Shown piece by piece: positions 53,983 through 64,000 of a stretch of DNA of 64,000 nt. The DNA comes from Octopus vulgaris. Its lineage: Eukaryota. A program made the position numbers and the translations under genes. Below the pieces are notes generated by a model, which saw only the letters and a program-made list of their open reading frames with translations, was not told where the DNA came from and did not search any database. Each line of letters begins with the position of its first letter. The stretch's first letter is position 1. The stretch lies in NCBI GenBank assembly GCA_951406725.2, contig OX597837.1, forward strand, positions 45,570,001-45,634,000. Direction: 5' to 3'.

Positions 53983-54311
53983 CAAACATACAACAAATTT
54001 ACACCTATTTATATGTATATACACATGCATATATATGTATATATATATATATATATATATACATGTACACATGCATACAGAATGAAGAAGAGGACAGAAA
54101 GAAGAGAGGAGGAAGAAGTGAAAGGAAGAAAAGAAAAAAAGAAGAAAAGGAGGTAAAACATTTACTTTGTATTTTTGTTTTTTTACTTGTTTTTGTTTCT
54201 GAAACATTTCATTTTATTTTTATATTTTCTTGATTGGAAAATAAACAAGAATTATAAACAGCGAAATATTTTTATATATTTATATTCATATTTTTTTTTT
54301 TTTTACGTTAC

Positions 54312-54469
54312 CTTTTTGGTCCTTTTCCTCTGGAACCAGTCACCGACGTAGGGAAAGGGTCGTTCCTGCTCTCCATTCCGAGAATATTAAATATCACCTT
54401 GCGGCATTCCATCACATCGTCTTCATCAATCTTTTCTTTCATTATAAGCGTTGGCAGCGGTTCAATTTG
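54312..54469 (-). CDS. INTS13: Integrator complex subunit 13 (Asunder), internal exon, phase 0 in / phase 2 out
   Basis: Acceptor ccatcag|CAA and donor AAAAG|gtaacg; 158 nt. Translates QIEPLPTLIMKEKIDEDDVMECRKVIFNILGMESRNDPFPTSVTGSRGKGPKR, which matches vertebrate INTS13 as I recall it (PLASVIVKESLTEEDVLNCQKTIYNLVDMERKNDPLPISTVGTRGKGPKR). Confidence 0.93.
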
Positions 54470-55229
54470 CTGATGGCGCGGTAAAAGGTGGCGGCGGCGG
54501 CGGTGGTGGTGGTGGTGGTGGTGGTGCCGGTCGGAGGATGGCAGGGAGCAGGATTCAAAAGAAAGAAAGCAGAACAGTCATGATTGATAATGGCAGAATT
54601 CTATGTTGTACAACGTTGTGCAATAATAATACAATAATAAGGGGAGGGGGGAATAACGTAATTTAATGCATTTATCTTCGTTTATCACAGATGTTATGTT
54701 CTGCAAAAAAAAAAAAAAAAAACCCTCTTGTGTGTTAAATGAATCAGTGATAAATGAGTAACAGGACACATAAGGAAAAATAGGCTTTGTTCTCTGACCC
54801 CGAATTTTGTCGAAAATTGGGATTGGGTGTTAGGAGGTTATTTTTGCTATTGAACTTAGAATCTCTGACAGATCGTTGCTCCGTTTTATCACAGATCAAT
54901 TTGTGATAAGCGTAACACATAACAATTGAACATCCTATTCTCAGTGATGAAGGAATCAGAGATAAACATAAACAGATATATAATACAGTGAAACACCATT
55001 TTTATTTTTTTTTTTTTGTTTTGTCTTTGGTCAGTAAGTGTTATTTCCCATTTGCTTCTATCTAGAAATCAAAGGAAATGACTACTTTCCCCTTCACACT
55101 TTGCTTTTGTCACCTGGACATCAATTGAGTTGCAAAAGCAGAAATACCATTAGAGCAAATATTCTGCTCAATACCACAGATTTGCTTATCAGTTGCTTGA
55201 CCTTAACCACTTGAGCATATCCCTTAGTA

Positions 55230-55645
55230 GGCATAGGAGTGGCTGTGTGTTAAGTAGCTTGTTTACCAACCACAAGGTTATGGGTTCAGTCCCACTGCGT
55301 GGCACCTTGGCCAAGTGTCTTCTACTATAGCCTTGGGCCAACCAAAGCCTTGTGAGTAGATTTGGTACACAGAAACTGAAAGAAGCCTGTCATATATATA
55401 CATATGTTTATATATATGTGTATGTGTGTGTGTGTATATGTTTGTGTGTCTGTGTATGTCCCCCCCCCAACATTGCTTGACAACCAAAGGTGGTGTGTTT
55501 ATGTCACCGTAACTTAGCAGTTCGGCATAAGAGACTGATAGAATAAGTACTAGGCTTACAAACAATAAGTCCTGGGGTCGATTTGCTCGACTAAAGGCGG
55601 TGATCCAGCATGGCCACAGTCAAGTGACTGAAACAAGTAAAAGAG
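55230..55645 (+). mobile_element. SINE family A copy
   Basis: Full head, body and tail. Confidence 0.82.
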
Positions 55646-56002
55646 AGACACTTACATTCTATACATATATACACATACATATATATATACATGTATGTAT
55701 GCGTGTGTGTGTGCGTACACCCGTGTGGTGTATATAGTCTAGGTATGGCTGTGTGGTAAGAAGTTTAATTCCCAACCACAAGGTTTTAGGTTCAGTCCCA
55801 CTGTGTGGTACCTTGGGCAAGTGTCTTCTACAATAGTCCCAGGCCACCTAAAGCCCTGTGAGGGGATTTGGTAGACAGAATCCGAAGCACGATTATTTTA
55901 GATGGATGTCATTTATTTCCAATGTTCTGCGTAAACAGAATTTCCATGGGGAAATATTACCTAGATTGGAAATGGGTAAGGGCTGGCAATGAAGGGTATC
56001 GA

Positions 56003-56048
<46 letters not shown>

Positions 56049-56115
56049 CATATATATATACATATATATACGATATATATACATATATATACGATATATA
56101 TACATATATATACGA

Positions 56116-56146
<31 letters not shown>

Positions 56147-56209
56147 TTATTTTATTTTATTTTATCTAGTTTCAGCTCACGAGCTGTGGCCATGCTGGGG
56201 CACCGCCAT

Positions 56210-56254
<45 letters not shown>

Positions 56255-56393
56255 GTGAGACAGACAGACAAACAGAGACAGAGAGAAAGGAAGACAGTGA
56301 AATGAATGAATGAATGAATGAATGAATGAATGAATGAATGAATGAATGAATGAATGGATGGATGGATGGATGGATGGATGGATGGATGGATAA

Positions 56394-56429
<36 letters not shown>

Positions 56430-58465
56430 AAAGAGAGTGAGAGAGAGCAAGAGAGAGAGATACACAGTAAGGAAGGTATTTCTGTTTGCTGTCTTTGATT
56501 ATCTCTTAAGCCTTCTGCTGAATTATTGGCATCACAAATTTTATTCTCACTTTTCATTTCAAAGGACAAAAACTGAATGTATTTTCCTTAGTGAAAAAAA
56601 AAGTGTTAAGTTAGAAAAAGAATGTTAAAATGTTATCCATCTTTTTTTAATATAAAGGATAAACTGATCTGACATCTTCAAAGAATTATCCAAATCCACT
56701 ATTAAAAAATGGCAAAGTTTTTACATGAAGAATTTCATTCTCACTTCACAGCTGAACAGCCTTAACACATAACTTCAGAACGAAGTTAAGGACTCGAAAC
56801 AAGAGAAAGAACCAAACGATAAGAGATAGCAGATAAGAGGATGTGAATGACAGAAAAGAAGGTTTAAGGCAAAAAGTGAAAAGAAAGGAAGAGATGACAT
56901 AAGTGTGAACACAACATATGCTGGATACATGTGGTATTAAAGAGAACATCATTGGAGAATATGTATGGGTTGACACTGAGGCAGATGTGATGAAATAACA
57001 TGGTAGATTGGAAACTGAAAGAAGCCCGGCTGGCCCCTGTGCCGGTGACACGTAAAAGCACCGTCCGTTCATGGCCGTTCGCCAGCTGTCTGGCACCTGT
57101 GCAGGTGGCACGTAAAAAACACCCACTACACTCGCGGAGTGGTTGGCGTTAGGAAGGGCATCCAGCCGTAGAAACACTGCCAGATCTGACTGGGCCTGAC
57201 GAAGCCTTCCAGCCTCACAGACCCCAGTTGACCCATCCAACCCATGCTAGCATGGAAAGCGGACGCTAAATGATGATGATGATGATGATGATGTATGTGT
57301 GTGTTTGTGTGTCTGTGTTTGTCCCCCTAGCATTGCTTGACAACCGATGCTGGTGTGGTTACGCCCCCGTCACTTAGCAGTTCGGCAAAAGAGACTGATA
57401 GAATAAGTACTGGGCTTACAAAGAATAAGTCCCGGGGTCGATTTGCTCGACTAAAGGCGGTGCTCCAGCATGGCCGCAGTCAAATGATTGAAACAAGTAA
57501 AAGAGTAAAGAGTATATGTCATATCATCATCATCATCATCATCATCATTATTATCATCATTTAATGTCCACGGATAGTTTGACAGTGAATGTGTGTTTGT
57601 GTGTGTGCGAATGTGTGTGTGTGTGCATATGTATGCATTATGTACAGACATGTGTGTGTGTGTGTGTGTCCCCTTGTCTAGACAACAATTGACAGTTGTA
57701 GATGTGTATCACCACACAAACAAGGTCACTTGTTTCCAGTTTTCCATGAAAAAAAAACAAAAGCATGTCTGGCCCCAGGAGGAAATATCACCTTGTTTGG
57801 AAAAAGGTGAGGGTTGGCAACAGGAATAGAATCCAATTATCGAATCCAATTAACAAATTCCATGTGACCCATGCCATGCATGAAACAATGGATTTTTAGC
57901 GATGATGATGACGGTGGTGGTGGTGGTGGTGGTGGTAGTGATGGTGGTGGTAGTGGTGGTAGTAGTGGTGGTGGTGGTAGTGGTGGTGGTAGTGGTGGTG
58001 GTAGTGGTGGTGGTGGTGTGGTGGTGGTGTTGTTGTTGTTGTTGGTGGTGGTGGTGTTGTTGTTGTTGGTGGTGTTGGTGGCGGTTGTGGTGGCGGCAGT
58101 GGTTTGCCGTTCCTACATTTTGTTAACTCTTTCCACTTTCGATACAAGATAAATTAGATTCAGCAGCAGGTAATTCTTCTGTGGTAAATACATCAACAGG
58201 TGGCCATCTTGTGATAAAACACCTTCTACAGACTGAACCATTCCTGTCTGTAGTCAAACCAAGATCTTCGTTAGCAACGAAAATGCAGACAATAACGAGA
58301 ATGAGATTCTCTGCAAGAACACTTTTTAATTAATCAAAAGTTACTTAAAAATGATTTGTCCAACTAAACTCCGCACTCTTCATTCAAATTTGCAGATGGT
58401 TCTGTCTTTTGAGTATTTTCAGCAAATAATGGCTTTAAACATTAATCAATTTTCCAAATTGGTAG

Positions 58466-58800
58466 ATTACTATGGGGTAGATAAACATTGAATATGTTTT
58501 GAATTAAACATTAATCTGGAGAAATATTTTTTATGAAATAGAAACATCATCATTATCTACCATCATCATCATCTATCATCATCACCGCCACCACCATCAT
58601 AATCATCATCATCATTGCCACACCAATATCATCATCATCATCACCACCACCATCATCATCATCATCACAATCATTATCATTATTGCCACACCACTACTCT
58701 CATAATCATCATATCATCATCATCATCATCATCATCACCACTACTACAACTATCATCATTATAATCATCATCATCATCATCACCACCACCACTACAACTG

Positions 58801-58839
<39 letters not shown>

Positions 58840-59053
58840 CTTTTCCATGCTTTCATGGGTCGGATGAAATTTGTGGAAGCAAATACTCTATAGCTATATG
58901 CCCTTCCTATCACCAACCCTCACCTGTTTTCAAGCAAACAGATGATGGTGGTGATGATGATGATGATGATGATGTTTCTATTTCATAAAAAATATTTCTC
59001 CAGGTTAATGTTTAATTCAAAACATATTTAATGTTTATCTACTTCATAGTAAT
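58466..59053. repeat. Inverted repeat of ~88 bp of non-SINE sequence (58466-58553 and 58966-59053)
   Basis: The left arm attactatggggtagataaacattg...gaaatagaaacatcat is the reverse complement of the right arm with 4 mismatches. Confidence 0.92.
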
Positions 59054-60647
59054 TCTGGTGACAGAATCTCTGAGCATCACCAATAAGGAGAGCACCTGTC
59101 CATTCCTGTAATTTATACTTCAACTTTTTTTATTCTGATGTCGCATCAGGTAAGCACTAAAATGCCTCTGACAGTGTCTTTGAATATTTCATTCACATTT
59201 TCCCCTCATATTTGTTTTTTTTTTCTCAAAACTGATGTTCAGCCTCTGAATAGCTTGGCTCTAAAACCATTTCATGATTCTATACTGAGCAGCAAAGATA
59301 CTTCTACAAATTTATCACTAACTTAAAAGCCAGCTCCTGTGGAGAGCTCTTCATTGGGCCTTGAGCCCAATAATGACATTTTGTGCTTTGAGCACAAATT
59401 AAACTTTATTAAACTTGACCAATATTTTTCAAGCAATGAACAATTTTCATCAAAACAATGAAATAATTTGTCAACTTGGAACTTATTCCAAAGCTGCATG
59501 ATAAACAACATATTTTGTCATCCCATTCATGGATCAGTACATTTTTTTTTCTGTCTGACCTCTTTCTCTCTCTTTCTCTTTCTGTTGATTGTTTTCAACC
59601 ATCATCATCACCAGTACCACCACCATTGCCACCACAACTGTCACACATACCATTCAGATTTCTGATGCCACCACCATCAATGCCTTTCACTTCGCCGCCT
59701 TCCCTTCCGCCACCATCACCAATGTCCTTCATATCTCTTACTATTACCATTGTCCCTAACTGCTTCAGCTACCACCACTACCACCATCACCACCATCGCC
59801 TCCACCTCTATCAAAATCTTATGTGAATCACCAAGGGCTAAAGGGGCCCCTTGTTGAGAACTTCTGAGTTAGAATATATTTGAGAGGACCCCATGCTGGT
59901 AAAATCTTCCTTGTGACCTTGGCTTTTACACTACAGCTCCCAACCAACCTTTGATGGAGCCAGACTGCAGTTGAAGACCTTCCTGACAATCTTCACTGGT
60001 TTCCCAATGACAGACAGGATGTGGTTTTCTCCGATCACAAAGCAGAACATTTCGTTGGACTTTGATCTTTCACCAAAAACCATTCAGGTTTGAAACCGTA
60101 AATGAGCAGACAGAATATAAGAGAAATAAACGGTTCTGCGTGAGATACTGTAAAATTGGAGATGCAATCTGGAAACAGCGCTTCTCTCGTTACAGAGAAT
60201 GGAAACGGAACATTGATTGACGCTGGCCAAATAAGAGCTTGATTTACAAGCAGCAGATTATAATAACGATCAATGCGAGGACAGCAGAAATGATAACGAT
60301 TTCAATGGTGATAGTAATACTTCATCAAATTTGATGAAAATTCATGTTGATATTAAGAGAAGACCAGCTGATCGAGTAAGCGGAGAAAATTTCATTAGAT
60401 GAAGTGCTTCTGCCATGCGTTGTTGTATTAAGGTTTTATGTTTCAACAAGATTTGAAGACAACGTCCACTGCAACTGAACTTATTATTATCACAAATTGC
60501 ATTATATATTACATGTTATATGTTATATATTATAGATTATACCATGCTATATTGTTTTTGTCAATTACTCAATATTGGGCTGTCAGAAACGAGCACGGAA
60601 CTAGAAGTAATAATAAATGTTTGTGTGTGTGTGTGTGTGTGTATACA

Positions 60648-61068
60648 AAGGCGGTGAGCTGGCAGAAACGTTAGCACGCCGGGTGAAATGCGTAGCCGTA
60701 TTTCGTCTGCCGTTACGTTCTGAGTTCAAATTCTGCTGAGGTCGACTTTGCCTTTCATCCTTTCAAGGTCAATAAATTAAGTACCAGTTATGCACTGGGG
60801 TCAATATAATCGACTTAATCCGTTTGTCTGTCCTTGTTTGTCCTCTCTGAGTTTAGCCCCTTGTGGGTAGTAAAGATATAGGTATTTCGTCTGCCGTTAC
60901 GTTCTGAGTTCAAATTCCGTTGTGGTCGACTTTGCCTTTCATCCTTTCGGGGTCGATAAATTAAGTACCAGTTATGCACTGGGGTCAATATAATTGACTT
61001 AATCCTTTTGTCTGTCCTTGTTTGTCCTCTCTGTGTTTAGCCCCTTGTGGGTAGTAAAGAAATAGGTA
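60648..61068 (+). mobile_element. SINE family B tandem dimer
   Basis: Same structure as 20769-21183. Confidence 0.85.
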
Positions 61069-61187
61069 TGTGTGTGTGTATGTATGTATGTATGCATGCA
61101 TGCATGTGTGTATGTTTCCCTTGTTTACAATTAACACAGAAAAAATAGATAAAGTTATTATTATTTGAATAATAATAATAATGATAA

Positions 61188-61223
<36 letters not shown>

Positions 61224-61793
61224 CATTATTATTATCATTATTATTATTATTATTAAGGTGGTGGCCTGGCAGAATCAGTAGCAAGTCAGGCAATCTGCTT
61301 AGCTGCAGTTCTCTTTACATTCTGAGTTCAAATTCCACCAAGGTCGAGATTGTCTTTTCTTTTTTTGGGGTCGATAAAGTAGGGTGCCAATTAAGTAGTA
61401 GGGCCTGATGTAATCAATGAGGCCCCTGCCCCAGAATTTCATGAGAAAGGATTTATAGCTGTGTCTATCTTCTGTGAGTTCTATCATGAAAAAAACCGAT
61501 TTACTTCACGTCTCATGAAGCTTCTGCTGTCTTCCTACGCTCTGAATAAATATACATAATACAGGGCTACATGTGAGCGAATGTAGGTGGCATGTGTCAA
61601 CCTTACAGAGGATGGAGAATGCCTGCGGATGTCTGAGGAGGAAGAGAAGGAGGAAGAAGAGTAGCTCCCGAAGTCAGAGCTGTAGATCTGACATCTGTAT
61701 GAAGCAACACATTTTGTGCGAGTGTTGCATGTGAATAGGAAAATTCAGAGGAAACACTCACACAAGACTTCACCAGTATATTTGTGTGTGTGC

Positions 61794-61824
<31 letters not shown>

Positions 61825-61967
61825 AATGTGTGTGTGTATGTCTATGAATGTGTGTGCATATATATGTATATATGCATATTTCTCTATGAACAGGTGTGTG
61901 TGTGTGTGTGTGTGTGTCTGTGTATATATATATATATACACACACAGACACCTGTTCATAGAGAAAT

Positions 61968-62014
<47 letters not shown>

Positions 62015-62038
62015 CACACACATATATATATATACACG

Positions 62039-62072
<34 letters not shown>

Positions 62073-63585
62073 CACACACACATGCATATGCAGGGATATA
62101 TCAGTACTTACAGGCATAATTACATAGATAGATGCAGATACACACACACACATACATATATACTTATATACATTCACATATTCACACAGAGACTTACACT
62201 GAAATACATATATATATATACATACATACATACATCCACACATGCAGACATACACACACACGTATATCTACATGCATACAAGAACACATATACACATGCC
62301 TATGTATTCATAAACACAAATATCCACAAATACACATGCATACACATTCCTATACACAAATAAACATATACACCTATCTACGCATATATACACACATGTA
62401 GATACACCGAAGGAAAAAAAGAATTAGCGTCTCCATTATTAATTGAAATGAAAAGTTTTTAATCAACGAAGAGGTTTTAAGACAATTAACAAATGGTGGC
62501 TTCGTCTCGTTACCTTCTTCCTCTTCTTCTTCTTTAAACTTTTGTACACACATACACATGTATATGGACAGATACGCACATGCACACACATACACATGTA
62601 TGCACAGACACAGACTCCTACATGTGAAGACACATAATTTAGGTAGAGAGAGAGAGAGAGAGAGACAATGAGGGAGGGAGACAGAGAAACAGAGAGAGAG
62701 GAGAGAGAGAATGAGGGAGACAGACAGAGAAACAGAGAGAGAGAGAGACACACATGGTGTGAGAGAGAAGTAGTGAGAGAGGAGAAAATGAGAGAGAAAT
62801 AGGGAGAAAGAGAGAGAGAGGGGGGTGAAAGACTGTGAGAGAAAGAGTGAGAAGTAATCAGAGAGAAAGAGAGAGAGAAGCAGTGTGAGTGTGTGAGGGA
62901 GTGAGAAAAAGAGAGTGTGAAAGAGAGACTCGTAGTGTAAGAGAAAGACAGAGCATGTGAGAGAAACATGTAGGTAACATGTGTGAGATTTAATGAGACA
63001 GAGAGAGAAAGAGACAGAGAGGGAGAGAGAAGCTGTGAGAGAGAGAGAGACAGAGAGAGAAAGACAGAGAGACATAGTGTAGGAGAAAGGCAGAGCATAT
63101 ATGAGAGACGGAAAGAGAGCATGTGTGTGAGAGAATGAGAGAGAGAGAGAGAGTATATTGAGAAAAAGAGAGAGAGAAAAGGGGGTGGGACAGCAAGGTG
63201 AGGGGGGTGACCTAAAGTAGAGGTGAGACATTAAATGAACAATGGAATAATTGGAAGACGAAAAGAGAATCTGTTGTTTCACTTTGTTGAAGATGTCAAA
63301 CAAAAGATTAGTCAAAAGACGAACAAGTCTCTCCATTGTGTGGGGGCTGCTCTGACCTGCTGGAAATAGCAGTCAAAACACCCCTCTGATGCTTTCTTCT
63401 TTGGAAACAAGACAGGAGAAGAGAGAAAAAGAGAGAGATACACTGGACAAAGTAGTCGTAGATGTCTTGGAAAATAATGGGATTTTCATGGATGTGTTGT
63501 GTGTGTGAGTGGTGGGGAAGAGCAGAGAGGAAAGACTGCTCAATCAGGACTGATCTTGATGTAAACAACTAAAACAACAACAATA

Positions 63586-63619
<34 letters not shown>

Positions 63620-63687
63620 CTCAACAACAACCAGAAGAACCTATGAAGGCTGTTTCGTGACAGGTGGTGCCAGCACAGGTGCCTTTA

Positions 63688-64000
63688 CGGTGGCAAGCTG
63701 GTAGAAACGTTAGCATGCCTGGCGAAATGTGTAGCCATATTTCGTCTGCCGCTACGTTCTGAGTTCAAATTCCGCCAAACTCGACTTTGCCTTCCATCCT
63801 TTCAGGGCCGATAAATTAAGTACCAGTTACGCACTGGAGTCGATATAATCGACTTAATCCGTTTGTCCCCTCTGTGTGTAGCCCCTTGTGGGCAGTAAAG
63901 AAATAGGTATTTCGTCTGCCATTACATTCTGAGTTCAAATTCCGCCGAGGTCAACTTTGCCTTTCATCCTTTCGGGGTCAATTAAATAAGTACCAGTTAC
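63688..64000 (+). mobile_element. SINE family B tandem array running off the window end
   Basis: One unit plus the start of a second. Confidence 0.82.

Noticed and set aside
61600-61694. Exon-like segment after ttcatacag with Ser-rich translation
   Set aside because: It has no INTS13 similarity, phase 0 closes after 6 codons and the donor is weak. The expected upstream exon (YWPM motif) was not found in the window.
62374-63336. 320-aa Ser/Leu-rich ORF
   Set aside because: It is a translation of a degenerate (GA)n tract.

Overview
AT-rich, microsatellite-dense animal genomic DNA. The repeat families look like those of an octopus or other coleoid cephalopod (inferred, not searched). Almost all ORFs in the supplied track are translations of simple repeats. 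The one host gene I can support is the 3' half of Integrator subunit 13 (INTS13/Asunder) on the minus strand, assembled by hand from GT-AG exons with consistent phases: 54469-54312, 41276-41052, 21704-21583, a 30-nt in-frame microexon 19584-19555, 14074-13930 and a probable last exon 8582-8534. Its upstream exons are not visible in this window. The introns hold three main SINE families, Penelope-like (PLE) RT and GIY-YIG relics, R4/Dong-like and RTE LINE relics, a Tc1 (DD34E) relic, a maT (DD37D) relic, a non-autonomous Helitron and a TTAA MITE. The most notable observations are: (1) several (TA)n-embedded small elements carrying type I hammerhead ribozyme motifs, including a 474-bp unit with a 34-bp terminal redundancy (retrozyme-like) and fold-back pairs; (2) three possible C-termini plus several in-phase candidate intronic terminal exons in INTS13 that would remove its cleavage-module-binding C-terminus; (3) an intronic ~88-bp inverted repeat whose four mismatches are all A:C on the pre-mRNA strand.
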